DNA of 64,000 nucleotides from Azolla caroliniana (taxonomy: Eukaryota; Plantae; Polypodiophyta), in NCBI GenBank assembly GCA_043228905.1, contig JBHGNT010000001.1, positions 26,908,001 to 26,972,000 of the forward strand, read 5' to 3'. A program made the translations under genes and the position numbers. The notes below the pieces were generated by a model. That model did no database searches, was not told the origin of the DNA, and worked only from the letters and a program-made list of their open reading frames with translations. Below, piece by piece: positions 13,097 through 26,792 of the stretch (position 1 is its first letter; each line of letters starts with the position of its first letter).

Positions 13097-16000
13097 ATGG
13101 GAACTCCTGCTGCTCAGGTATTTCTCTCTCTCTCTCTCTCTCCATCTCTGCAGGTGTTTGAGTTCGAATCTAGTTTGGACACTGTCTACCGCCTTTCTGT
13201 GGAGGACGCTAATAATATCTTCCGCTCCTTTCATTCCTTCTATTCTAGGTTTTTGTGTTTTTATCAGGAGAGAGCTATGAGTGTTTATTTATTTATTTGG
13301 AGTTTGATTAATGCTTTTTTTCTGCATGGGTTTTCGCTTTATAAGGAGAGTTAGGATTTCTAATTCCTGGCTGAGATTTGCATTTTGGTGTAGGGTTAAG
13401 TTTGTTTTTCCGAAACTTAGCTTGTAGGATTCTTTTTGTAGTTTGTTCATGGTTTCCAGTGAAGTCTTGTGAGACTTATGATTCTTTGCTATGAGGTTTG
13501 TAGTAAATTTGTTGGTTCATCAGGGATAGGATTTATGATGTCATTTCTGTAAAGTTATTGTTTGGGATTATTCAAGAGCTAGGATTTACAATTCTTTGCT
13601 ACGGGTTCTCATTACAATTGTGGTTACTGCGGAAACAAATCTTTGCTATGGTGTTACCAGCCTTTGTTGTACACTTTTGGTTTATTCTTTAGACTTCCTA
13701 TAGCATCAGAAGAAATGGCATTGGTTTACATCTGTATTCTTTGCTATATAGTTTTCTGGTTTTACATTGAAGTACTTCTTTTTTGGATTCTTTGGTATGG
13801 TTTTGTGCAAAATGTTTTATAGCTTCTATGGTTTTTTTGGATTCTTTTTTGGTTTGTTCTTTGCTAGTTTAACTATTCTCTGGAGATTTATAGCGTTGCA
13901 ATATCATTAAAAGAAACTGTGTGCGCTAATATAGTAAACAAAGTTTTTTGCCATAGAACCTTGGCAGGGTTGCAATCAAGCGACTCCAGAAAGAGCTTGC
14001 AGAATGGCAGAACAATCCTCCTGCTGGATTCAAGGTCAACCCTACTGATGATTTATCCAAGTAAGATTTCAAGCACAGGAATGGTGATTTTTCATACCAG
14101 AGCATACTTATTCGTTCTAGCATAAACCCTTACTACCTATGCATGCTTATTTTCTTGTTTTGAATGGCTGCTAATCATGCGTAATAGGAAGGTTTACATG
14201 CTTATTCTTTCCATCGAGTATTGTCTTTATAGATGGGTGATTGAGTTCTCTGGGGCTGCCGGCACTTTCTATGAAGGAGAGAACTTCCAGTTACAGATTG
14301 AGTTTCCAGAAAAGTATCCAATGGATTCTCCACAGGTATACAATGTTTATGAGCTAAGTAAGGATTCATCGTACCATCATTGTTTTTCGGTTTCGTCAAT
14401 TTGGAGGCTTGTGCAACAGGTAATCTTTGCTGGAAATCCTCCTGTGCATCCACATATTTACAGCAATGGACATATTTGCCTAGGTAAGATATGTATATAG
14501 GTTTTTCAAATAAAATCATGCCTAGTATCATTCAACTTTAGTGGAAGTTTTTTTATCTATATATCTCTAGATCAATCATTTTTGAATATTTTGGATTTAG
14601 TCATAATTTAAGATCTTAGACCTTGGTCATTTTTCTCAATTATGAAAATGCTGGTCTTGATATGACTATTGGCATATTTATTAATGACTTTGAAAGCTCA
14701 AACTTGAGCTTTGCAAATGCATTGCAAGAATATTGATTGGTTTGTGCTGAATGAAAGAAGGGAAGATGTATCAGCGTCTATTAAGAGGGCCTCTGAAAGT
14801 CATGTCTCACCTTGGAGAAACAACAAACTGAAGTCATATATAAATAAATTAGTGAAATCACCCAAGGTAGCAGATATTTCTGTTAGTTGAGCACATAATA
14901 TGGGCTAATCCAAGATGGAGAGGTCTCTGAAAGTGAGAAAAGTGAAATTGGCCTAATGAATTTATTGAGGGTGGCGAACTCCAATTGAACCATTAGTTTT
15001 GCATAATTTCACCAATCGAATGATCTACTCAAGACTTTCACTCACCATGAATTAATTTCACATCCATGAAGTTAAATTTCCTGCTAAACAAAGAATTTTA
15101 CAACACCTATACCCTGTTTGGTATTTCTTTGATTTATATGAAATTTTGAAAATAAATACAAAAGGTATTGTCCAAACCCTAGAAAACTAGTTAGCAGTTT
15201 AAGCCTGTTTTATCACGTAAACCTGTATACAGAGCGTCCAAATTATTCACTGCTGAGCACACTAGAAAAGAGATTAAATCAGCTGCAATTCCTGCAATTT
15301 TTCATTCCGCTTGAGCTGCAACCCTTTTAAACTGTATGGATGTAGCTCGTGGTTGTGGCATAGTAGTCTTTGATTGGATCATTTCTAAATGTGCTTGGCT
15401 CAGACATAAGTTTATTAAACAAAACTTGCTGTATTTCTTTGTCCACAACTTCTAAGCTATTTCCAGTGCTGGTTTGAATGAGTTAACCACTGTTGGTACA
15501 TCTCTTGAATATTTCTCTGGAGAGACTTGGTGAATTTATTCATCTTAAGGAAAGCAGCTCCAGCATCTAGAACAGATTTGGGCGGCACAGCCTCTTGTCA
15601 CTTCTATGCTGTCCTAAACTGTTGAATAAAAATGTTCAAATCAAGAACATTACCTTGTCTACATAGTAATGTAGAGAAGTGGAGATAGAATCTAAAGGCA
15701 GGGATTTAGAAACCAAGAATGATTATGGGGTTTAACACAGGAGAGATTGAAGAAGCTGAAGCAGTTCTACAAAACAAAAGCCCATCTACCTGATCTATGT
15801 TTAAGATATGCGTGCACATATACATATGTGCTATTTAACATACATAGAATATGCTTTTAGAAGAAGAGCTAAAAATGCTGATGGAACAGCCAAGACATGG
15901 CTTCATAAGTACCTATTAAATGCTGAGTGGGTAATCTTGTCCAAGGATCCCATCCAGTGTATAAAATATTCTTTAAGGAGTACAGTTCTAAAAACGAGAC

Positions 16001-18683
16001 TGTACAGCTCTAAGAGAAATCAGAAAATATTAAATTATATAAGAAATGTAATAAGAGCAATCGACGGGCCCTTAATCCCAACAAATAGTAGCTGGTCCCA
16101 TAACTGAGCTGGATCCAATTCGATAGATGAAGATTTATTTGTGATAAACCAACTGTATCGCTGTGTGGGCAATGATAACTGCCCCTTTAAGTGAGCCTCA
16201 CAGAGAATGTGAAGAAGCTTGAAAATTTGGCCATCAGGAAGATTCTGATTTTGGTTAAAGTTAAAATAACTGAGATTGTGATCTAAACTTGCAGAGAATC
16301 ACATAATATCCTTTTGAACCTCAACTGGTGAACATCTCAATTGTCTTCATCTTTTCATTTCCTTGGGGAGTTGTGGGAAGGTTGGGTTGTCCTTGTACAG
16401 TGTACATGAAAGACAGGATAGAGAACCAAATTGTACCTAAACTAGCTAATTGCCTTATGTAACTAGGTTGTGATCAAAGTACAATGTAGGGACCATGGGT
16501 ACATAGAATGTGAAGGATACAATACACAGGAAATATCACTGGATCAGCCATGAGTGCTCTCACAGGATGATGCCATATGACATCAATATCCATAGATTGC
16601 TAACTAGGGGATCATTCTTGGTCTTGGGCAATGATACTATGTATCCTTTGATGCAGGCACAATATTTTAATTGATTACTGTGTATACTTGGGTATTTGAA
16701 GCAAGCCAAATGAACTGCTTTTTCAAGCAGTACCCATCTATGAGGCAGTGGTTATGCTTGCACCGAGGTCTCTTGGCACAGCTGTCTGAAACAGTCTGAC
16801 AATTACCTTTGTATAGGCCCTATTGATGTCTACTCTTCTGTGGAGAGTCTTTAAATATATGGATCTCTAATGAAAGCAGCCCCAAATATCTCTGATTTTG
16901 GAAATCAATGATCTGGAAGAATGGTTCAAATCCCTCCCTAAGGAGGCAGTGGAAGTGTTATAGAATTTCACAGTAAAGTGTGCAGCAGCATATGTAATCC
17001 GCAGACTCTGGTTCTGGATGGGATAGCTGATATATCCTCCGCTTTATAGTTACACCCTGTAATGTTCAGATTCAGGATTTGTATCATAGCTGATATATCC
17101 TCTGCTTGGGAGGTACAACCCTATACCTACCTATCTCTACCATGGCTTTTTCGCAATGCCAATATGTCACAACTTGGGAAAAATGTGGAGGCTCACATTT
17201 CACACATTATATTATATATGTTGTACCAAACTACAAAACCATCTCCTCTAAACGGGGAAATCACACTCTGCGATAGTTGCAAGGTTATGTTGTCGACCAT
17301 CCCCACTATTGCTTCCATACAACTTCTTTCACTTTCTTTTAAATGTGAGATGGGGTGTTGGGGCACAGGTGAGGGGGCTGGTTAACTGTGCATATTTTGC
17401 CGAGAACATTGATACAATGCTTTGCCTTCGGCTATATTTGAGTTGCTTTTCACACCCCAGCATTGCTTCCATACAACTTCTTTCTCTTTCTTTTCAATGT
17501 GAGATGGGATGTTGGGGCACAGGTGAGGAGGCTGGTTAACTGTGAATATTTTGCCCAGAACATTGATACAATGCTTTGCCTTCGGCTATATTCGAGTTGC
17601 TTTTCACACATTGTCAATCAGGTCCACTCCCTACGCACGTTCCTCTCACATTGCAACTTTCATTAGTAAAACTCTTGAACATGTAGAGTCACTACTCAAT
17701 TCCACACATATTATGTAATATAATCTATTTATCCATCTCCAATTGCCGGGATGAGGTGTGGGTAGTTCCAACGGTGTATCTCAATCCATCAGACAGGTGG
17801 TCATCCATATATCCAGGGCCTAGTATACTCCATCCGTAATGATGTGGAGGAGATGCTCTTTGTACTAAATCCAGGGAGTAGCTGAATGGAATTTGCCTTC
17901 GGACTTTGCTAATCTTTTGACTTCATGCGAGATATGGTGCATCTAAGGAGTACTTGAGGGGAGGTAGTCTGTCTGTAAACCATGATGCCATTTGGACAAT
18001 ACCAACGTGAAAAATAGCTCTCACCTGCCAGATGTCCAGAGGACTCCAGAGCCAACATGGCGTATCTATGTCAAGAAATCTTCCATATGGTAAAAAGAAA
18101 GGACACTGACCTGATGAGATCATTGCGATCATCCACAGTGCAGTCATCCTAGCCCTGAATATCCTAGAGTACTGGTCTTTGAACCTGAATCACTCTTAGA
18201 GGTCATGGATACAAGAGCTGCCTCCACCATTCATTGAGGATGCTTCCAGATGTGCAATGATGGTCCAAACTAGTCTCAAATCTGTAAGAAATAGCCATAG
18301 CTAGTAGTATTTGGCACTTGGAACTGAATCTGCAAGCACAAAAAGAATGAGAGAAAGAGAGAGAGAGTGAGAGAGAGAGAGAGAGAGAAAGAGAGATTAT
18401 GGCAGATATTCTTTATGATTCATGGTCCCCTGCGATGACTGTAAATTCTATCTGCATCAGCATTTTATCCATGCTTTCTAGTGCAACTGCCAAGGTGAGT
18501 TTTAAAAATCTTAATTTGCACAGAAGTTGTTTGCGTGAATCAACATGGACTCTGACTGGAACTTTATTTTTACCCCTTTTATTGTGTGATCAGGAAATGC
18601 CTGCTGATAATGATCGCTATGTGAAAAATTGTCGGAAGTCTCCGAAACAAACTTCTTGGGAGTTTCATGATGATAAAGCTTGA
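13097..18683 (+). CDS. UBE2W: Ubiquitin-conjugating enzyme E2, UBE2W / plant UBC15-18 group, 156 aa; exons 13097-13117, 13957-14060, 14233-14335, 14420-14483, 18406-18494, 18594-18683
   Basis: Phase-consistent GT-AG splicing gives MGTPAAQNLGRVAIKRLQKELAEWQ...HPHIYSNGHICLDILYDSWSPAMTV...DNDRYVKNCRKSPKQTSWEFHDDKA*. HPHIYSNGHICL and W.FHDD are UBE2W hallmarks. Confidence 0.95.
14900..18395 (-). mobile_element. Degenerate L1-type LINE, antisense in UBC intron 4
   Basis: The minus strand begins with a (TC)n leader and actagctATG, like the L1 at 47980-48071. It then shows PV.WIE and xHxxCG zinc-knuckle-like remnants (~17700-17810) and an SYHCP (SDHCP-like) endonuclease remnant at ~16170. Boundaries are approximate. 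Confidence 0.5.
17308..17610. repeat. 154-bp tandem duplication
   Basis: attgcttccatacaacttc...gagttgcttttcacac occurs twice. Confidence 0.9.
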
Positions 18684-21600
18684 TGAACTTACATACAAAC
18701 ATATATATACAGCGTGTATGTGATTTGGTTGAATAGTAATGCGCCATATTTTGTTCTCTGATGTTGCCAACATGCTAGTCTTTGCATAGGTTAGACCCCC
18801 TGTTTCGATTGAAACATTGCAGTGTTGGGGTTGTAACATTTAGAAGTATACTGGTTGCTGGACCTTGAATGCTTCTTTACCGACTGTCAAATTGTATTCC
18901 AAAACAATAACATGTCTTATGAGATACGATTGCATTTGTCTTTTCAAAAATATAGTAACTTTGAAGGTCGCGCCTACTAGTTTTTCAATAGCAAGTCATA
19001 CCATTTCTAAGAGTTTTAGTAAAAATCTTGGAACTCATGAAGACTGCAGTGAATGTGTATGTTCAATAGTGAATACATAAAATTCCAAGACTGTTTCTCT
19101 GTTATTGTGAGGGAATGTTTTTTTTCTAATCACATTGGTACAAAAACTGCTGCTCAATGGTTTTTTAAGAGGATTTTGTTTTTTGTTGTGTGTTTTTTAA
19201 GGTGCAAGTCTCCTTTTCTTTCTCTTATTGTCTTTCATCAGTTGGGTCAAATTGCCTTCCACCAATGTGCATATTATTCTGTTAAATTGTTGTCTCGTCA
19301 CTTCTGACTGCCTCTTTGTCTGGAAGGATGAAAACGGTGTAATTTCCATGAAGGTTGCATTAAAAAGCTTTTAGGAAATTCGGTTAGAGATGGAGGTTCA
19401 GGAGAGGATTGTTATCTTCTCTGGTTATTGGACAATTGAACTATACTTTAATGTCATGAGGATTATTGTTTTTCCTTATTTTTTATTTACATCTCATAAT
19501 ATAGAGTTACTTATTCGAATGTAAATAAAAACTAGTCCAAAAACATCTCCATGCCAAGAATGAAATTGGTTTTGTTAAATTCATAGGTCATGTGTTCCTT
19601 GCCTATCAAAGGAATACTTTTTTTAGTAACACTTTTATTACTAGTGGGAAACCTCAAAATGAGGTGAAAAACCCACAAAGAATAAAGAGCAATATACAAG
19701 TGTTGATTAGACACTAAAGATCTTAAAAGCACTCAAAATAAAGAGTGTAAATTTGCAATGTGATGTCTCTAAGTTGTAGACAATCAAATAGAGATTGCTT
19801 GAGGGATTGCTTAAAGATGCTAACTTCATGCAATTTGTGTTGATCAAAGACCTTAGTATTGCGGGCCGTCCAAATGGTCCAGAGTACCCAAAATCTTGTC
19901 CATTGGAGAAAATAGGCATTGCTTGATAGGCACGGAATTTGTCCAAATAGCACAAGAATTTGATAGGTTTTCTTATAAGCATATTTGATGGATAGAACTT
20001 CCACAAGGAATTACCATTTGTGCGAGTATGTTTTATCTACAGTTTTTTTGTAGATTTTTGTAGTAAGCATCTTTAAACTTTAAATGTTGTGATGAGGTTT
20101 TTTGTGACATTGAAATTGGCTTCTTTTGTCGTTGTAAATAATATTGTACTCACTTAATACTTCAAGACAAAAAAAACATTTGAGATGGCAATTTTGTTTG
20201 GACTTTTGCAAAGAGATCAATCAAACTATTCTATTATCTAACAATGGATACCTTAAATTGAGTAACTTATCACACATCACAAAGGAAGAATTCTTTAATT
20301 ATGCGATTGCTCCATAAAGCTCATTGAAGTATATTGTAGGCCCCAAAAACTCAATTATTGGTCAAAGTGTAGAGGTTCCTTGTAGAAGGAAAAGGGCATG
20401 TCATTCATCTAATTTCTTATAACTTTTTAGAAAGTCTATGACCATTTAGAACCATGACCAATACAAAACAATCATAATATTTTTTCATGGATATTATTTA
20501 GTGAATGATGCGATCCTAATTGATAAATCATCATCTCGATGTTAATTACTATTAGCATATAGTTTTAAACCCTAAACATTACATTCTATATCACCACTTC
20601 ATGATGTGATGTTGTGCGTATCATGAAAAACAAGTAGTTTTGTCTTTCAAGTTTTCAAGATGGGAGATCATTTAAATATGATGCTCAATTATTGTAAAGT
20701 AAGCTTAGAAGTTAGAGGTATTGATTTTAGATCTCTTTTTCTTGCTGAGTTATCCTTCCAAATATTCTAGTGACTTTGACATATTACTTGGAATGGTGTG
20801 TGAGTTTGAATTTTACCACTATTTCTTTTTCATGTTCTCTGTATTATTATAGGAAAACATGAAATTGGCAAAAACAAGACGTGAATACATAAAAAGCTAT
20901 TGTTGTGAAGATATAATGTTTTGTATATTTCATCAAAGATTACTATGTTTATATGGTATACCAATATACATAATGATATATAATCCAAAGGATATACAAA
21001 TGATTGCTTGATTATTACGCTCTTACCTACAGGCTACAACACTAAAACTTTTTGATAAACCAAACCATTAGCCTTTGTTCACTATTCCATCAACAAGAAG
21101 CTTTAGTAAAACTCTCTAAAAATTATGATAATAGGATATTGTACACTTGAACCATAGTACTAAACTATATATTCTCCAAGATCACTCTCAAGCATATACA
21201 AAAAACCTTCATAAATTTTCGCATTGCAAGAAAATGCCAAATAATACAAATCTTAGGTGTACAAACTTCTTCAAGGTTTATTTATTTATTTCCCTAAAAG
21301 GGAGCTACTTTCCCATTAGTTAGGAGAGATTTTTACAGAAAGACTATACAAGATGGCTTATATATAAATCGGGGAATCATCCCTCGACCGAGTTCAAGAA
21401 TATGAGGCTACGTACATATCCTCTCATACTTTCTACTTAATGTTAGTAGGTATCTAGAGCTATAAACTAGTGGCAATCATCGCCGGCCAACACGAGCCTG
21501 ATCCTCTGGCCTTCAACAGAGGGAGGGTGGGAGGTGAGTTGGAAACACCCAACGTGGGGCCTGGTAGTTCCACCTCTGACATCTTCAAGGTTTATTATTA

Positions 21601-22429
21601 TTGTGAGAGGGAACTTGGACACATGCAAACTTTTGAAAGTGTGCAACTTAAGAACCAAGAAAAAAAACAATAGATACACAAAATTTGACAATGTGTAGTT
21701 TGTGGACATTGAGGTGATGGCTAGTGTTTAATTGACTCTTCCTGGTGAACATGCATATAATATAGATAGTGTCACAAGGGGGTAAGATAGAATGTTACAT
21801 TAAAAGCTTGATTTGTTGTTGATAGCCAAGCCACAAGCTTGGTAATATAATTGATGTTGTGGGCAAAATATCGAAGGCATTGTTTGTGGTCACTATGCCC
21901 ACTTTGCACAAGATTCTTAGGAATTGATTTCTTGTAAGACGAAGATCTTGAATGAAATAACAACCATCACGATCAATTCACAGAAGTAGGAAATTCTCCA
22001 CAAACAATACGACATACATATTAGATTGTCAGGACAAGGATGGGGCAAGATTGTCAAGCAAAGGAGTTAGAATTGCATTTGTTTCAGGAACAATTGAAAG
22101 TTGCTATATTTGCGAAGAGCTTGCATTTCCTTAAACCTATTTAAACCATTTTTGTGTTATTTACATATACATAAGTTCGTAATTCGAGCTTTTACTCATC
22201 ATTGTGGGAATGATATTGAGGAAATCACTAAAATGTCTCATGTAAACCATAATGTGACTCTACCTTCTATTTGTGCACTAACCAATAAGACACTAGGCCT
22301 TTTGAGCAAGTACTTTGATTAATGTAGTTGTGTTATCATTCTATATTTTACTTTGGAAAGTGTGGAGAAGCCATTGTAAGTTGCACAGTTGCTTCAAGAT
22401 GTGATTTTCTAACATTCTTTATGATGAAC

Positions 22430-23545
22430 AACATATGAAGAATCACATATTCTATTCAAATGCCCCCATCTTCCGACAAAATTTGATAGAACGCGATCAC
22501 AGTTTAGATGGTTCCTCAATCAATTACGTTTGGTAATTCAAATGAATCCTTCTCGATATCCAACTAATGCATCACGAGTGGGGCTAGTAGGCACATTACC
22601 TAGTGGTACAACATTAGCATGGTTTGCCCCTTTGTTGGAAAAAATATCTCCTTTGTTAAATAATTTCGAGGAGTTTATTAGTGAGTTCAAAGCGTGTTTT
22701 GGAGATACCGATAGTGTTAGAACAAAAATCAATAAAATCTGAAGTCTGCGTCAAGGAGATCATCTGGCCTTAGCTTATGCCACTGATTTTCGTCTTCTCG
22801 CAACTGATATTCCATGGGATGACTAAGCATTGATGGAGCAGTTTTGGTTCGAACTATGCAATGACGTCAAAGATTTACTCTTGATATTTCCCGAAGAACC
22901 GAAGTCACTCATGGAAGCAATCAGTCGGGCAATGCGATGTGATAATTGACTTTTCGAGCGACGTTAAGAACGGCAACAACAAATGCCAAGGATAAGGTCA
23001 GAGCCCACGTATGCATCAATCGTAGCAAAACCCTTCCCAAGGGAATCTTATAATGAATCCTCTACAAATGCTCTAACACCAATGAAAATCGACACAACAC
23101 ATTATCGTGGACCATTGTCAAAAGAAGAAATGATCGCTTCTTTGGTTGTCACCACTGTTGTTCGGCCTCTACTACGATCGTCTGATGGAGGTCCTCCCTT
23201 AAGGACGACTCGTAAAACTTGTCGTTCTAAGACGGGGATAGTGTCATGATATGACCTCAAAAGGAATTGAACCCATGACCTTATGGTACACGACTCACGA
23301 GTTGAGGCCATACCATTAAAATAACCAATGTATTTCATTTATTATTTCACTAGGAAATATTCATTTATATTCTAGATTACTCTCAAACATTTTAGAAACT
23401 TTAGGAATACCCCTAATAATCCTTTAAATAGAGGCATATGGTACTATTTATAACCAATTCGGTTCAACGCTAGTCTGAAGCGTCATAGCTATCCGTGTAC
23501 TCTTTTTCATATAATATACTTCGTTGTTATCATACTTCTCTCTTC
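22430..23545 (+). mobile_element. Internally deleted Ty3/gypsy chromovirus (Tcn1/Tf2-like): gag remnant, 3' end, PPT and partial 3' LTR from 23242
   Basis: Gag remnant QMNPSRYPT..RVGLVGTL..G..LAWFAPLLEK..LRQG..AYATDFR; PPT aagacggggatag; LTR start tgtcatgatatg is homologous to the element B LTR. Confidence 0.85.
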
Positions 23546-23575
23546 TACACACACACACACACTCTCTCTCTCTCT

Positions 23576-23658
23576 CTAGAGATATTAAGTGTTGGGTCCT
23601 CAAGAAAAATATCTTTTTGACACTTTGGTGACCCCGGTTCTTCTCTATGGGGTGGAAG
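23576..23658 (+). mobile_element. 5' piece of a truncated LINE interrupted by copia A
   Basis: YLFDTLVTPVLLYGVE continues in frame as VWGSSIPK at 46079 once element A is removed. Confidence 0.85.
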
Positions 23659-23854
23659 TGTCAAATACGAGTGTATAATGGCCGTATTCACATTGTCCCT
23701 TTGGACAGCCCAAGTTTGGGCTATTTCTGTAAATAGCATAAAGGGCAATTGCCCTAGGATAGTCACTATATAAAGTGACTTTGTAGGGGGTTGGTTGGTT
23801 GGTTGTCATTTTGTAACTGTTGCTATTAAGAAATAAAACGTTTCTTTGTGTCTA

Positions 23855-23895
<41 letters not shown>

Positions 23896-26680
23896 CTTGT
23901 TCATTCTCATACACAAGTCCTTCAACATCACAGATGTTGTTTGTTCTTCAGCACTGACGACCTTGTCCCCAACATTTGGTATCAGAGCGTTGGAGGTTCT
24001 TCAACCTGCTGCCGGTCATCATAGTAAACCACACAACATTCAGTTTCTATTTTTTTCTTGAAGAACAGAGAAGAGAGAAGACAAACAAGAAGTCTGCATC
24101 TCACTGTGTTAAATCACTAATTGGAGTAATCTAGTCAGTTGTACTCTGTTCTTGTGATTGTAACCACTTGATATTGGTCTCCAGCCAACAACCAAATTCG
24201 TGCTTCATTCGGCTGATCGACATTCGGGAGGATCAGTTGGATCCATCCCTCTCATCGTTGTAGTCATCCGAAGCAGAACAGGCCTAAACAATCGGTTTCT
24301 TGTGATCGGTATTCGGCATACAACCGGAAGCGAACCGGAGTCACTCCAAGAAGGTTCAACAAAAAAGTATCCGAAACCAAACTGACTCGGGTTCAAGACC
24401 GACTAGAACGATATCGGGTGAGCCGACCAGTTGCACCCAACTAAGGTTCCTAGTCAACTCCGAACAGAGACTTACCAACCGAAACCGAATCAAATGGCAT
24501 CAACATCCGGCTCATCGGAGATGAGTCTAAGGAGGTTCGATGGTTCGAACTTCAACTTCTGGAAGGAACAAATGCAGGACTATCTCATAATCAAGGGTCA
24601 AATAGACCCGATTGAGAATGAAAATCCTCCAAAAGCATACAAGGCAAACGAGTGGCTAAAGCTGGACAGAATCGTCCGCGCCACGATTCGGATGCACTTA
24701 TCGGAGTCAGTGTACTTCACAGTGCAATCATGCTCGGCGTTGTCGGAAAACATTGGAAAACGTTGAACTTTGGAAAACGTTGTCGGAAACTTATGAAAAG
24801 AAGGTCGCCACAACGAAGATGTATCTGATCCGGCGCCTCTACAACTTGCGGATGAAAGAATCCGATTCGGTTCAGGCACACCTCAACGAATACAAAAGCC
24901 TAAGCTCCCAAATATCGTCTCAGGGGACGACAATAGAGGATGAACTCAGAGCAATGATACTCATGAATAACCTCCCCTCTTCTTGGGAAACTTTCGTCAC
25001 AATCGTGTGCAATGCTTCAACAACTGCCATTAAGTACTCCGAAATCACGAGCGCAATCCTGACTGAAGCAGCTCGGAGAAAGTCTTTCGCCAAAGACTCG
25101 GCAAATGAAGCTTACGTAGTACAAGGTTCGACCGACTGATCGAACAACCGGAGAAGAAGTTCTTCCCGACCGCCGAACAATCAACGAAGCCGGAGCAAGT
25201 CCTGGGACAATCGAATCTGCAACTACTGCAAGAAACCGAGACACATCAAAGCTGACTGCCAGGCACTCAAAGAAAAAACCGACAAAGCTCAGAGAGCGGA
25301 TCAGAAGAGTAGCCGGCATGAGGAGGTCAACTACGTCAACTCTTCAACTAAAATTTTGACGACCAAACCAAACATACTGTCCATAGAGAACCCAGTCAAA
25401 TTAGAAGTTCTACTTACGACTCAGGAATCGAGCACATGGCTCCTGGACTCAGGCGCATCGTATCATCTGACACCTCACCGATCTCAGTTTCGGCAATACT
25501 CGGACCGGCACTCCGACTCAGTTCAAGTCGGGAACTCGCAACACTGTGCCATAATCGGAATCGGCACCGTAGAGCTCAACCTTCCGGGTGGCTCTACACT
25601 TGTACTACACAATGTCTGACACGTTCCTGAGCTTTCAAGACCCTTGATCTCAGACAGACTACTTGACGAAGCTGGCATGCGTGCCGGGTTCTCATCAAGA
25701 GGGTGGACACTCCACAAAGGGAACCTCCTGCTTGCTCGAGGACCAAAGGTACACTCTTTGTACCCTTTATATGTCACACTCAAAGAGGGTGACTTATTTT
25801 TGGTTGATATCCCCGTGTCATTGTTATGGCACGGACGACTTGGACACCTCAGCAAGGCCGGCATAACACACCTATCCAGAGCCGTTTACATCCCCAAGCT
25901 CACCTTCTCGGATCACCAATTCTGCGAGCATTGCCAGTACGGCAAACAGGTAGCCGCATCACACCCGACATCAGCACCAAGAGAATCGAGTCCCCTCGAT
26001 TTGGTCCACTCGGACGTCTGTGGCCCGATGCCACATCAGTCTCTCGACGGTGCTTCGTACTTCGTTAGTTTTATTGACGACTCGACTCGGAAGGTGTGGG
26101 CTTACCCCATTAGAACCAAAGATTGGGTGTTCTCGATCTTCTCCGAATGGCTTGCAATGGTCGAAAACCAGACCGGTCGGAAACTAAAATGTCTCCGAAC
26201 CGATAATGGAGGAGAATTCAAGTTTGACGAATTAATCAAATTTTGCCGGGAACGCGGCATTCGACGTGAATATATGGCACCCTATAGTCCGGAGCATAAC
26301 GAAATTGCTGAACGCATGAATCAGACGATTCAAGAACGTGTAGTATCCATGCTCCAACACTCCAGACTGTCGGATGGCTTTTGGGCGGAGGCTCTACTTA
26401 CAGCAGTACACATAATAAATATGTCGCCAAGTAGACCTCTAAGACTTAAAATACCTCAGGAAACATGGACCGGAAGTAAGCTGAATTATGACAAGCTGGG
26501 GATCTTCGGCTGCGAGGCGTATGCCTTCATACCGAAAGACGACCGCTAGAAACTCAAACCAAGATCAAGGAAATGCGTTTTCCGTGGATATGGACCCGAT
26601 AGCGAGATCGAATACTGACTCTGGGACCCCGAGCATAGACAAATCGTCCGAAGTTCGGACGTCGTGTTCAATGAGTTGTC

Positions 26681-26792
26681 ATGATATGGCAAGACTCGAA
26701 CCCATGACCTTATGCTACATGGGTCGAGCTCTTGACCATTAGACTATACATTATAGTACATAGATTATTATTTTCATTTATGTTTTATTATA
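26681..26792 (-). promoter_or_regulatory. tRNA-like Pol III promoter at the U3 end of the B LTR, facing outward (copies also at 27320-27392 and ~23246-23325)
   Basis: Minus strand reads TATAATAAAA(-39..-30)...taatgta TAGTCTAATGGTCAAG (A box) ...atgtagc.. aggtcatg GGTTCGAGTC (B box) ttgccatatca. Confidence 0.65.

Noticed and set aside
19500-21400. Possible decayed DNA transposon in an AT-rich stretch
   Set aside because: No TIR, TSD or recognisable transposase motif by eye.
21461-21760. DPLA..GRVGGE..FKVYY reading reminiscent of a PEBP (FT/MFT) N-terminus
   Set aside because: No DPDxP motif, no ATG start and several stops; too weak without an HMM search.
22027-22414. TGTCA...TAACA segment as a solo LTR or 5' LTR of the gag remnant
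   Set aside because: No TSD and no similarity to the LTR at 23242.
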